In this document: positions 11,479 to 23,759 of the stretch, piece by piece
Numbering within the stretch: the first letter of the stretch is position 1
Layout of the letters: every line of letters begins with the position of its first letter
Assembly (NCBI GenBank): GCA_051294375.1
Contig: JBJCIZ010000239.1
Span: 7,006,852 to 7,070,851, forward strand
DNA length: 64,000 nucleotides
Reading direction: 5' to 3'
Source of the DNA: Paraspadella gotoi
Lineage: Eukaryota; Animalia; Chaetognatha
Position numbers and translations under genes: made by a program
The notes under the pieces: generated by a model
Seen by the model: only the letters and a program-made list of their open reading frames with translations
Database searches by the model: none
What the model was told of the DNA's origin: nothing

Positions 11479-11890
11479 CTGTTATTTTCATCTTTCTTCA
11501 TTCTCTCTGTCTCCTCCCCTTCTTTGCGGTCTCCTTTCACGTTTTTCCTTTCATTTTTCTTTTCATCGCGAGTACTCTCGGAGGAACTCTATAACTCACT
11601 TTTCGGTCGGTCGGTATATCTGTCTTTCTTTCTATCAATCAAGTTGATATTTAGTAAAAAGGTAACATTTAAATAAGTAGACAGAGATTTCAACATGAAA
11701 CCAAAATGGATCTTATTCTCAGCTCGATCCTCATCCTCCTCTTCCCCTCCCTCTCCCGAGGATCCGTTCCTTTTTCGTCCAGTCTCCGCGTTTCTCGAGT
11801 TCTACTAACTTCCTTTTTTCTTAATACTATTCCGGCCAGGGACTTTTCCTCAATAAACATTACCGTTGCGATATACATCTTCTTCTTCAG

Positions 11891-11956
11891 TGGCGCCCAA
11901 TGTGGGGCTCGAACCCACGACCTCAGGATTAAGAGTCCTGTGCTCTACCGACTGAG
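11891..11956 (-). pseudogene. tRNA-Lys(CTT) copy, 5'-truncated, with encoded CCA
   Basis: Reverse complement ctcagtcggtagagcacaggactcttaatcctgaggtcgtgggttcgagccccacattgggcgcca: D arm, anticodon stem CAGGA/TCCTG with CTT, T arm and CCA. The 10 nt that should form the acceptor 5' strand are replaced by accgtcttca. Confidence 0.9.
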
Positions 11957-12735
11957 TGAAGACGGTGTCAGAATTTGGGACATATGGATTCAATACAAAA
12001 TAGCAAGCTAGTTATGCAGTTCAATCGGAACATCGTCACGGGTTGGATTTCCCGATGGCATTGGTTGGTTCTGTCGGCGATTCGTCCAATCAAAGAGCTC
12101 TCGGCGGATTTCATCCGAGTCGCGGATCCGATTCAATTTTTGGTTCCGATTCCATCTGCGATATTAAGGTTCCAAAAGAANNNNNNNNNNTCTCTCTCAC
12201 ACTAATCCTCTTTCTCGTTATTCTTTCTTTTTCTTTTTAATCTCCTTTTATTTTTTCATCTTGTCGGTCTCGTGTTCCCTTTTCAATCTCGAATCTTTTG
12301 TTTTTGTTTGTCGAATCCAAATAAAATACATAAACACTTTTATCCAATCTCTTGGTTGAGGGATTAGGGTAGAATTAAGGTTTAGGATTAGGATTAGGAT
12401 TAGATATTATAGTTAAGGATTGGTCATAGAATAGGGTCAAATTTAATGGGCGCTTTATGAGCAATCAATGAATAAATAAATCAATCAATTAATAAATCAA
12501 TCAAACTGCTTCCTGTTTATTCGCGATCTGTCGACAAGCAAACTGTGAATGCAATAAGAATGATCAGTTAATTTGCCATCTGTTACTGCTGCCTGTTAAT
12601 CGACCACCATTTTACAAGCCCACTGTTCGCGAGACACACGTTAATTAGCCATCTATTAATCTGTATTCTTTTCACCAACTTCAAGTTAACCTGCCATATA
12701 TAGACAAACCACCTGTTAATCCGCCATCTCTTAAC

Positions 12736-13591
12736 NNNNNNNNNNNNNNNNNNNNNNNNNNNNNNNNNNNNNNNNNNNNNNNNNNNNNNNNNNNNNNNNN
12801 NNNNNNNNNNNNNNNNNNNNNNNNNNNNNNNNNNNNNNNNNNNNNNNNNNNNNNNNNNNNNNNNNNNNNNNNNNNNNNNNNNNNNNNNNNNNNNNNNNNN
12901 NNNNNNNNNNNNNNNNNNNNNNNNNNNNNNNNNNNNNNNNNNNNNNNNNNNNNNNNNNNNNNNNNNNNNNNNNNNNNNNNNNNNNNNNNNNNNNNNNNNN
13001 NNNNNNNNNNNNNNNNNNNNNNNNNNNNNNNNNNNNNNNNNNNNNNNNNNNNNNNNNNNNNNNNNNNNNNNNNNNNNNNNNNNNNNNNNNNNNNNNNNNN
13101 NNNNNNNNNNNNNNNNNNNNNNNNNNNNNNNNNNNNNNNNNNNNNNNNNNNNNNNNNNNNNNNNNNNNNNNNNNNNNNNNNNNNNNNNNNNNNNNNNNNN
13201 NNNNNNNNNNNNNNNNNNNNNNNNNNNNNNNNNNNNNNNNNNNNNNNNNNNNNNNNNNNNNNNNNNNNNNNNNNNNNNNNNNNNNNNNNNNNNNNNNNNN
13301 NNNNNNNNNNNNNNNNNNNNNNNNNNNNNNNNNNNNNNNNNNNNNNNNNNNNNNNNNNNNNNNNNNNNNNNNNNNNNNNNNNNNNNNNNNNNNNNNNNNN
13401 NNNNNNNNNNNNNNNNNNNNNNNNNNNNNNNNNNNNNNNNNNNNNNNNNNNNNNNNNNNNNNNNNNNNNNNNNNNNNNNNNNNNNNNNNNNNNNNNNNNN
13501 NNNNNNNNNNNNNNNNNNNNNNNNNNNNNNNNNNNNNNNNNNNNNNNNNNNNNNNNNNNNNNNNNNNNNNNNNNNNNNNNNNNNNNNNNNN
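12736..13591. other. Assembly gap (856 N)
   Basis: N run. Other gaps: 2804-2828, 12181-12190, 15808-15832, 31959-31983, 48572-48996, 53336-53360, 62778-62886, 63689-63713. Confidence 1.
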
Positions 13592-14211
13592 CTGAGATTT
13601 CAAACCTTTCCTTTTTTCTTCCTTTTTTTTAACCTTTTCTTTCTTTTACTTTCCTTTTTTACCTTTTGTAATATCCCTTAATATATCTTCATACTTATTT
13701 GTCTATTTCTTTACTACCTTACATAACTTTTCTAAAATTACTAACATCCGTTTGACTCTTTTTTATTGTATTACTTCCTGTTAATGCAGTAATTCTGGGC
13801 CTAACTCCCCCCCCCAAAAAAGCTTCCCCCCCTGGGGTCTAGAATTAAATTATGGTTTATGGTGAAGGAATAAACTTGAGTTAGGGATTGCTTTAGTATT
13901 TGGTTACAGATTTCAGTTAAAGATAGTACGTTAAATTTAAGTTGAATAATAATAATTTAGGGTTCGAGATTGGGGTCACTTTTAGAAAACAGTGCCCTCC
14001 TCGTTATATTGCCCTCTCTCTCTCTTCCTTCCTCCCTTCGTCCCACACCCTCTCTTTATTTTCTCCCTCTTCCTCGTTTCTCTTCATCCCTTTTTCCTCG
14101 CTCTCCTATTTTCTTCCTCCCTCCTTCCCTTCCTCCCTCCCTTCTTCCCTTTCTTCTCCCTTCCCTTCCTCCCTCCATCCCTTCCTCCCTCTCTCCCCCC
14201 TTCCTCCTCAC

Positions 14212-14355
14212 CTCTTCCTCCTCGTCCCCTTGAGGCTTTCTCCTCTTCTTCTTTACTCCTCCGCCTCCTCCTCCGAGGCATAGGCTACCGGCGCCGATTC
14301 GGATCATCGCCGCGATGGCGAACAACCCCAGCGCCGCGAGGAGGATCCCGCCGAC
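14212..14355 (-). CDS. Transmembrane plus basic juxtamembrane exon of a type I membrane protein
   Basis: Acceptor ttttttcgttcag|, donor |gtgagg, 144 bp, phase 0-0: VGGILLAALGLFAIAAMIRIGAGSLCLGGGGGGVKKKRRKPQGDEEEE (hydrophobic run then KKKRRK). Confidence 0.75.
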
Positions 14356-14989
14356 CTGAACGAAAAAAGGGGGAAATGAGTTGAGCTGAACTAAAGAGTA
14401 TTAGAAAGGCTTTGAATGGGTCTACCTTAAATTTTAATGTTTAATTTTTTTAAACATCATTATTTATTTAATATTGTATAATATTACAGTATTAGCTACA
14501 TCAGTTTATGGCTAACATTAAATAGAAAGAGCGAGCTTTTTGACGCTATTTTGACTCTAATTTAACATCTCTTGACATATTTCTTTTTAAAAATAGCTAC
14601 ATAGTTTTTCGTTAAAATAAATAATTAAAAAGTGAATGTAACTGAAACATTGATTTCTAAAAAAAAATGTAACGGGTTTACTAACTTATCTGCACAATAA
14701 AAAAAAAATATTTAGAAATAAGTCTTGAAATAGAAATACTGCAATACTGCAATACTGCACAGCACAGAACGGCCCCGCACCACAAGGCACTGCACCGCAC
14801 TGCACCGCACTGCACGGCACTGCAAACAGTCTTTACTTTTCACTCTTCCCCACGTGGCGACAAGGCGTAGACACCCCGATATAAAAACTAAGTTAAGGAG
14901 AATGTAAATTGCAGGTAGGATTGATTGCCTTTGCCACCGTGGGAGCATAGCCGACCCAAGAGTCGCAAGGGGGGTGGAAGGCAAGTCTG

Positions 14990-15054
<65 letters not shown>

Positions 15055-15077
15055 GCCGGGAGAACTAAGACTGACAG

Positions 15078-15162
15078 CTCAACTGGTTAATTATGGAGAA
15101 ACCATTTCACTTTCCTACAACTTTATCTTGAAGCAGCGTATGGGTAATGCAATTGAAACAAG
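15078..15162 (+). CDS. Candidate exon, gene assignment unclear
   Basis: ctgacag| ... aag|gtaagg (strong donor, weak pyrimidine tract), phase 1-2, open: QLVNYGETISLSYNFILKQRMGNAIET(R). Confidence 0.35.
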
Positions 15163-15189
15163 GTAAGGTACATTCAAATATATTCTCCT

Positions 15190-15635
15190 GATTACTTAAT
15201 GTAGGAGATCTAATTGATTCCTTAATGTAGGAGATCTAATTGATTACTTAATGTAGGAGATGTAATTGATTACTTAATGTAGGAGATCTAATTCATTACT
15301 TAATGTAGGAGATATAATTAATTACTTAATGTAGGAGATCTAATTCATTACTTAATGTAGGATATCTAATTCATTACTTAATGTAGGATATCTAATTCAT
15401 TACTTAATGTAGGATATCTAATTCATTACTTAATGTAGAAGATCTAATTGATTACTTAATGTAGGAGATATAATTCATTACTTAATGTAGGAGATCTAAT
15501 TGATTACTTAATGTAGGAGATATAATTCATTACTTAATGTAGGAGATCTAATTCATTACTTAATGTAGGAGATTTAATTCATTACTTAATGTGGGAGATC
15601 AAATTCATTACTTAATGTAGGAGATCTAATTCATT
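15190..15635. repeat. 26-bp tandem repeat, ~17 copies
   Basis: Unit T(G/C)ATTACTTAATGTAGGAGATCTAAT, head-to-tail, no spacers. Confidence 0.95.
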
Positions 15636-15774
15636 AGATTTTGAAAGACAAGTTTCTTTATTTTGCCGCCGCCAACCTTCATTTATTGTTCAGATTCCTC
15701 ATCTAACATTACTACTCTATGATATCCACCCTTTTTGACATCCAGAGAATTACGTTTTCGCTAACATTTTTCTC

Positions 15775-15807
<33 letters not shown>

Positions 15808-17514
15808 NNNNNNNNNNNNNNNNNNNNNNNNNTTTAATTAGTGAACATGAGTAGACATTAAGTTTAATAAAAAAAAAGAATTTTATGTTTTTTTTTAAAA
15901 ATTTTTCGGGCAGTAGGCATATATATTCATCAAAATTTCAAAATAGGCTTTGCTTAATTCTTATGGCTAGATTTAAAGTTTTTCATCAAAAGTTAATAAA
16001 GAAAATAAATAACATTATAGTGGGTTAAAAAAAGTTAAAAACAGTAATTCAACATATAAAATTTAAATTGTTCAGCTTAAAATATATAGTTTTTTAAAAA
16101 TGAATTTTGGAACCGACTTAATTAAAGACTTTTTTTAATTTTTTTACTGAAATAACGCATTTTGAAATTTGTAAATATATTATAGAGTTTATTAATAAGG
16201 TATACATGTAGGCTACTGCATAATTTAAAAAAAAATATATTAAATCATTTTTTAGTTGATTAGAGAAGTACAAGGTTTCATTCATCACTTTTAAAATTTT
16301 TATTAAAGTTAAATTTAGATTTTTACAAACGCTCTAAAGTAGGGGGGGCCGGCGGATGTACGGAAGGGTGTTGGAGGATCTTGGATGTTGAATGGAGGGG
16401 GTTGTGGGAATTGAGGGGGGTGTGGGCAAGGGGGGCGGGAGAGTAGAGCGAAAAGTGAAAAAGTCAATCTTTTGGGAGGACATGAAAGTATAAATTGTTT
16501 TCTCGACGGGATTTCCTCTCGAATTGTTTCCGATTTCGAAATATCCTCCCTCGTTTTCCCGCACACACACGACCACTGTACCACTCACGACATCCAAAAA
16601 AAATATTGATGCTAAAAACGACAATTTTTTTAACGCAAACCAAACTCTGGAAAGAGAGCCCCCAGTTTTTTAAAAATTCAGAATTAATTTAATATTTTTT
16701 AAATTAAAAGATAGGTTAAGAGTTAGGCTAGTGATTGGATAAGAGATTTGGTGCAGTGATCTAGGATTAAGGTTAGAGATTAGGGTTACTTAATTAGGGA
16801 TAATGGTTTTGGATTAGGGAAATGGGATTAGGGTTAATAGATTTGGTGATAATTGTAAGTATAATTTAAATTAATATTAAAGTTTTGGAAAAGGAGAAAG
16901 TAGAAGCAAAAACTAATTAAAAAACGGTTTTTCTTACACCTCAATTGGTTAGCTGGTAACTTACTGTAAACACAAGTTATGAAACAGAACTAAGGGGGAG
17001 GCCAGTCTCAACGCACGAATGGGTCAAGGAATATTATTAGGCCCAAGAAAGAAGGTCCTTCCGAATTTCTTTTATAAGCTTTAATGAAATTTTTTTAATA
17101 AAAATAATAAAAAATCGATATTAACATAGAAATGAAATTTGTTTCTAGATTCAAATCACGACCTTATCAATTTTCAATGATATTTTTCGATGACACGATT
17201 AAAATCTGATTACGAAATGTTTTTTTTTCAGTTGCGAAGCAATCTTTATAAGTCACTTTGGAATCTGTCTGTCGGTCGATCAGTCGGTCGGTCAGTCGCA
17301 TCGGTTGATTGTTTTGATTGATTGGCACTGGCGCTGTCCCAACTATAAACCAATCACATTAAATTGTAAAATAATGCAGAACAAAATCGCACCAAGCTTC
17401 AATGTCATATAATGCGAAATCAAATCAATCAATCAGATTCAAATCAATCAATGCAATCAATAAAATCTAATTCCAAATCCAATTCACTCAAATCCCCCGG
17501 CCTCTTCCACCCAG

Positions 17515-17667
17515 GCCCTTTTCAAGTCCGCCTCCGGCACGAGCTTCGCCTCCAGTGCATCGCCTCCGGAAATCCTCGTCCGCGGATTCATGTGGGTGAC
17601 GCCGCACTTACGAATTCGTTGGAAGGGAGGTCCTCGTTCAAGAAAAACATCTCCGAGATGGATTTGG
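17515..17667 (+). CDS. Ig-superfamily exon A: N-terminal part of I-set-like Ig domain 1
   Basis: cctcttccacccag| ... |gtcagg, 153 bp, phase 1-1: (G)PFQVRLRHELRLQCIASGNPRPRI...KNISEMDL(G). LxCxAxGNPxP motif; the conserved Trp (MWVTP) is in a shifted frame, implying compensating indels. Confidence 0.8.
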
Positions 17668-17699
17668 GTCAGGAGAGATTTATTTTCTTTTTTTTTTTT

Positions 17700-17715
17700 T
17701 TTTGTTTTTATTTTT

Positions 17716-17763
<48 letters not shown>

Positions 17764-17903
17764 TTGGATTTATTGATTTTATTGATTTATTGATTGATTG
17801 ATTGATTTATTTATTTATTTATTTATTTTTTAATTTTTTATTTTTTTATTTTATTTATTTATTTAGTTTTTTTTATTTATTTTATTTTTTTATTTTTTTA
17901 TTT

Positions 17904-17935
<32 letters not shown>

Positions 17936-18090
17936 TTATATTTATTTTGTTTATTTTTTTATTTTTTATGTTATTTATTTATTTATTATATTTTTTTTTA
18001 TTTTTTTTATTTTTTCTTTTTATTTATTTATTTAATTGATTTATTTAATTGATTTTTATTTATTTATTTTTTATTTATTTATTTATTTAA
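17700..18090. repeat. (TTTA)n low-complexity tract
   Basis: Directly visible. Other simple repeats in this block: (TTGG)n ~19530-19950, (CTAT)n ~20915-21010, (GTC)n 29316-29357. Confidence 0.95.
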
Positions 18091-18824
18091 TTGTTTTTTT
18101 TTGGATTGTTTTAGAATTTTATTTTTCTTTTCCTTTTTAAGATTCTTTTTTTGTTTGAACCTTTGAAAGACTTACTTTAAATTTCTTTACAGCTGAAATC
18201 TTTTACTAAAAATCAACATCAATGTTAGGGAGTTTAGGCTAAATATTAAAAAAAAACAGAAAAAACCGAAAAACAAAACCGAGACCCTTTGTCTTTTGAA
18301 GATATGCAGACAAGTAAGGCGTCGGAAAGAATTGGAAGAAAACAGAGTAGCATTTAAAAATGTATGTAGGAGAAGTTTTGAAAGGAAGAAAAGCAAAGAA
18401 TGAATATAACGAGACGGAGAGAAATAGTAGAGGAAGTATAAGAAATGCTGTTGCCGATGTCGTTTGTGATGGCACGGAGCGGCTGTTCCGACAGTCGAGA
18501 TTTTCTTTTATTTTAAGGAGAAGGGGGATGGTTTAGGTAAGAAAAATACATTTACGTTTAGTAATTACAATGGGCCTTATTTTTCTCAAGAACGCTCATT
18601 TATTTTAAAATTTTTGTATTGAAATACATTTTTTTTCTGTTTAAATATTGGGTTTAAAGTTTAGGGTCATAAACATGCCAATGAAAATGATACAAATATT
18701 GCAGAGGGGATGAAGCAGAGAAGAGAGAGAGTGAGAGGAGAGAGAGAGATTTGATTGGATAGAGTAGAAAATAGACTAACAAAATAAAAATAACGATTTT
18801 ATTCCTTTTTTTTTTCACCGCCAG

Positions 18825-19082
18825 GCGAATATAGCGCTGCGAGCCCGCAGTCTGCTCGGGCAAAAGACGCCAAGAGCGCTCTGTCATCAACCACTGAGAC
18901 TGGAAGGCGGCGGGCGGCCGGAACGACGCGGGCAGCCGCGGCGGCGGCGCAGCGGCGTCAAAGTACGGCCAATTCGGGCGGGGACCCCGAAGTTCGACGA
19001 AGACTTTTAACGGACGCGATGGCGCAACGACGTTCGGTATTCCTGTCGTCGCAGCGGAATAAAAATGATCGGGACTCCAAAG
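18825..19082 (+). CDS. Ig-superfamily exon B: end of Ig domain 1 plus Gly/Ala-rich linker
   Basis: ttttttcaccgccag| ... aag|gtgggt. Joined to exon A it gives D-L-G-E-Y-x-C-E, then SLLGK (DxGxYxC F-strand motif) after indel correction; the linker reads AAGGRNDAGSRGGGAAASKYGQFG. Confidence 0.7.
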
Positions 19083-20005
19083 GTGGGTTCTCTTTTCCGA
19101 AAGCGGACCCATTTTCGGGAATTAAGTTTTCTGTTTAATAGTCGAACAATTAGGTGAGGGTACTTGAAGGGGCAGGGCAGGAGGGTTAGGGATTAGGATA
19201 GGAAATTGGTTAGAGTTTTGGTCAAGGATTGATTAAATTTTTAGGGAAAAATAATTAGAGCAAAATATTAAGGCGGCAGCGGCGGTGTGGCGGCAGTGGC
19301 AGGTGGCAGCGGGCAGCGGCGCGGCTACTTCGCTGAGAACTAATTAAGGAAAGGAGTCTTTATGTTTATGCATCATTTTTCGATAAAAGAAAAATGGCGA
19401 CGAGGACGAAAAAGATGACGACAGTACGGCCGACAATGAAAGAAGATACTACAACCATCGTCGTAAACGGAGAATTCGATTATAAATTCATGACGATTTT
19501 TTTTTTCTTGATTATTTCGAGAAAAACCAACCAGTTGATTGGGATGGGTTGATTGTTGGTGGTTTCGGACGGTTGGTTTGATTTTGTTGAATGCTTAGTT
19601 TGTTAGTAAAGTTGGTTGGTTGGTTAGTTTAATTGATTGATTTTGTTGGTTTTGGTTGGTTTGGTTGGTTGACTAAAGAGTTAGATTGGTTGGTGGGTAG
19701 TTAGTTTTGTTGGTAGCAGTCACTTGCTTTGATTGCTTGTTGGTTTTGTTAGTATGTTAGTTGGTTGGGTGATCGGTTTATGTGTTGTTTGAATTGGTTG
19801 GTTGGGTAAACGAATTAATTGGTGAGTTAGTTTGGTTTTTTGAAATGTGGTCAGTAAGAGAACGAATTGATCGAATTGTTGGTAAGATTGGTATGATTGG
19901 CTTGGTTGGTTATTTGGTGTGTTGTTTGACTGGTTGGTTGGTTTGTTAGTTTTTCTGAGGGTCGGTGGGGGTTATCAGTTACATAACAAGTTCCTCCATC
20001 CAAGT

Positions 20006-20365
20006 CGCCATTTTATTCTCCCGCCATCGACGTCAACGCATCTTTTATTATCCGCGTCGACGTCAATGCATTCTTTTTATTTCCCGCCGTCGACGGTCAA
20101 CGCCATCTTTTATTCTCTACCCGCCATCGACAGTCAACGCCATCTTTTATTCTCCCGCCGTCGACGTCAATGCCATCTTTTTATTTTCCCGCCGTCCGAC
20201 GTCAACCGCCATCTTTATTCTCCCGCTGTCGATGTCAATGCCATCTTTTATTCTCCCGCCATCACGTCAACGCCATCTTTTTATTGCTCCGCATCTTTTA
20301 TTATCCCGCCGTCGACGATCAACGCCATCTTTTATTCTCCCGCCGTCGCCGTCAACGCCATCTTT
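20006..20365. repeat. 33-bp minisatellite, ~11 copies (duplicates at ~36157-36516 and ~57534-57893)
   Basis: Consensus CGCCATCTTTTATTCTCCCGCCGTCGACGTCAA. Confidence 0.9.
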
Positions 20366-20949
20366 GATTTCACCTTCTTGAAACGCGATTCCTTTTAATC
20401 TCGAACGGCGGCGGAAAAGGTGAAAGGGAAATTCGTCAATATTAAGGGAGGGGGGAGAATTAAGGAGAAATAAAAAAAGAGGGAATAAAATAAAGTAAAA
20501 AAAAGAAGAAAAAAAGAAAAAGAAAACAAAATTAAATGTACAAGTCTTCAATTTTTAAAAGACTTAAAATTGACGAATAAAAAAAAGATATTGAACTAAA
20601 AGGTGAATTAAAATCAGTATATTCTACAAAAACTCAAGTTTTATTTATTTTATTTATTTATTTATATCTTTTTTCTCCCCTTCTTCTTTTTTCCATTTTT
20701 TGCTTTCGCTCTCTCTTTCTTTCTCTGTCTCTCTTTCTTTTCTCTGTCTGTCTGTTCTCTTATCTCTCTCTCTCTCTCTTCCCTCCTCTCTCTCTCTTCT
20801 CTCTCTTCTCTCTCTCTCTCTCTCGCCTCAACCCCACCAAAATCAACCCAGCATATTTTTCCTCGTCTTTCTTTCATTTTCCAAGTCTCTCTCTCACTCT
20901 CTCTCTCTCTCTCTCTATCTACCTATCTATCTATCTATCTATTATCTAT

Positions 20950-21001
<52 letters not shown>

Positions 21002-21373
21002 ATCTATCTCTCTTTCTCACCTCATCTAAAGGAAATTCTATCATTTTTCTCTCCATTTTCTTTGCGGAATACGTTTTAAAAAGTCTCTCTCTCTCTCACT
21101 CTCTCTCTCTTTCTCTCTCTCTATCTTTCTCTATCTCTCTTCTCTCTCTCTCTCATTAATTTGTTAAAAAACCCTTCAACTTGGTCGAGAGGAGATTCTA
21201 TCTTTTCTTTCTTTTTCTTTTCTTTTTTTTTTTTTCTTTTTTCTTTTCACCCCCCCCCCCCGCATTCTTTATAAAATAAAAAGCGAGAGAAAATTTTTCT
21301 TTTTTTTTCACCTCGGAATTTATTATTTTTTATTCTCCTCCTCCTCTTCCTCTTCCTCCTCCTCCTCCTTCAG

Positions 21374-21465
21374 CTCGGCGAACCCTCATCCTCCATGGCA
21401 AAGTAACCGGAAATCCTTCATTCCAACTTACGTGGATTGGACCCGACGCACAACTAGTGTTGAAG
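21374..21465 (+). CDS. Ig-superfamily exon C: start of Ig domain 2
   Basis: cctcctccttcag| ... aag|gtaaag, phase 1-0: RRTLILHGKVTGNPSFQLTWIGPDAQLVLK (TLxLxxxVxGNPxxxLxW pattern). Confidence 0.7.
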
Positions 21466-21492
21466 GTAAAGGGAGGGAGGGAGAGAGAGAAT

Positions 21493-21566
<74 letters not shown>

Positions 21567-22193
21567 TACACCATGAATAGGCGATTTCAATTTTAGATGG
21601 AAAAAAAATGGAAGCCGTTGAAAGAAGGATGAAGAAAAAAAGCCCTATTTACCAAAAACGCAAATTTCAGATTATAAATTAGCAATGAGTTAGTTTAATA
21701 AGAATGAGAAAAAGATTGATTTTTTCACAACAAATTTTTTATTAATATTGTTACATACAGGTTTTGAATAGCATTTATATTCTTTTAGTGTAAAGGCAAT
21801 TTGACTGATGAAGAATAAAAATGTTATTGTATGTAACAATATTAAAAAAATTATTATAATAAAAATCAATCTTTTCCTCATCTAAATTCAACCACAAAAT
21901 GAGAAAAAAAAACAAACAAAAAAAGAGAATAAAAAAATAGTTGAATAAAGTGAATAAGTGAATAAATAATTGTTATACTCAAAATAATATTTATAAAAAC
22001 AAATATTTAAAAATAATAAAAAGCATATTATTAAAAATTTTAAATAAAAATTTATTACAAAATATCAGAAAATGTTCAAAATTATTTCCCTTACTATCAA
22101 TCATTAATCATCCAGTGCTTTTGCTATTTTATCCCATTCCTCCCCTGTCTCTTCTCTCTCTCTCTCTCTTCTCTCTCTTCTCTCTCTTCTCTC

Positions 22194-22238
<45 letters not shown>

Positions 22239-22879
22239 TCTCTCCTTCCGTCATCTCAAAGAATTAACCTTCTCAAATTCTGTTTAACAACTACCCTTAA
22301 CCCCTTTCATTTCGGTCAATTTTTCTAAAAGTTTATCCGATTTCAGTTAAAAATTCATAATTAAATTATTTTTTAGGTTTTAAAATTAGGTCAAGGATTA
22401 AGGTATAGGGATTAAGCTTTGAGGTTAAGAAATGAGGATTAGGGTTTTAGGATTAAGAATAAAAATCAGGGATAAGATTAGTGACTAAGTTAAGGATAAT
22501 GTTTAAGGTTAAGGATAGAATAAATGGTCGCTTCCATAAAATAGTGCCCATCCCCCCCCCCTTCGTCGCTCTCAGTTTCATTTTTTTTTCTCTTCCTGCT
22601 CGCCGTCAACCCGGTCTCGCTGCTCCTTTTGTCTGTTTTTTTCTCGTTTATTAAATCCCGTTGTTCTTTTGTCGTCCTACGCCCTCTTTTGTCGTTCGAC
22701 GGATGCTCTCTTCTCATTTTTATATGCCCCCGCCCTATTTTTTTTTGTTCATTCGCGGGGTTGTTCTTTTTTTTCTTCGCCCTCCGCTCGCAGCGCCTTT
22801 ATGGGGCCTTGTCATTTTTATTTTGTCACTCGCTTGAAAGCTCTTAAAGAACCGTCAGGTTGAATAAACTCGCTCTCTC

Positions 22880-22951
<72 letters not shown>

Positions 22952-23392
22952 ATTAATTTTAAGGTTGTCGGGCTCAAGAGGATAGGATTTGAAAAGGATA
23001 TTTTTATTGAAATTTTTTCGTTTAAAATGAGATTCTTTATATTTCCGATTAAAACTTTTTTCATCGGATACTCGTTATTTTGCCAATATTTTCATAATCG
23101 TTCTTTAATTTTCGATAAAAAGTAATAACTTTTATTTTATATTTATTTTTATTAAGGTTTAACTTTCTCTGTATTTATCCAAATTTTATTTTTTTTTAAA
23201 ATCAACTCATTCTTCACCTTTACATTTCTCCTTCACTCTGTCATTTTTAGCCCAATGAAAGTCTGTATTTCTCGGAAACTGAGTCAGTTGGTCTGTCAGT
23301 CTTTTTTTTGTCTACTTGGGATCGTTATTTCGCTCGTTCCATGGTTCTAAAAAAAGTCTCCTTGGAGGAAGAGAGTGAGAGACGAGAGAGAG

Positions 23393-23434
<42 letters not shown>

Positions 23435-23674
23435 AGAGATAGAGAAAGAGAGAGAGAAAAAATATAAATAAAGAATAATTAGATCATTTTTATATAGTAT
23501 TTTATTAATGTTATATATCAATTAATTCTTAATTCTTCGCCCTGGGGCCGAGGCCGGAGAATTTATATTTTCTACGCTTTAGCTAAAGACAGCGGAATTA
23601 ATCGTTTCGTGTAAAGACATAATAAAATTTCCCTGATGACTCATAATCGAGTTTTTCACTTTCGTTAATTCTCT

Positions 23675-23759
<85 letters not shown>

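Noticed and set aside
11881-12180. Intact LTR retrotransposon
   Set aside because: A PBS-like sequence is present, but there is no paired LTR, gag or pol in the window.
15190-15635. CRISPR-like array (also the 31-bp and 33-bp repeats)
   Set aside because: Head-to-tail units without unique spacers, no cas genes, eukaryotic context.
16710-16850. True telomere or telomere fusion
   Set aside because: Tracts are short, highly degenerate, internal and associated with TIR-like ends; no perfect (TTAGGG)n or (TTAGG)n run.
23633-23660. Hammerhead ribozyme (CTGATGA followed by a short hairpin)
   Set aside because: No GAAA after stem II, and stems I and III cannot be formed.
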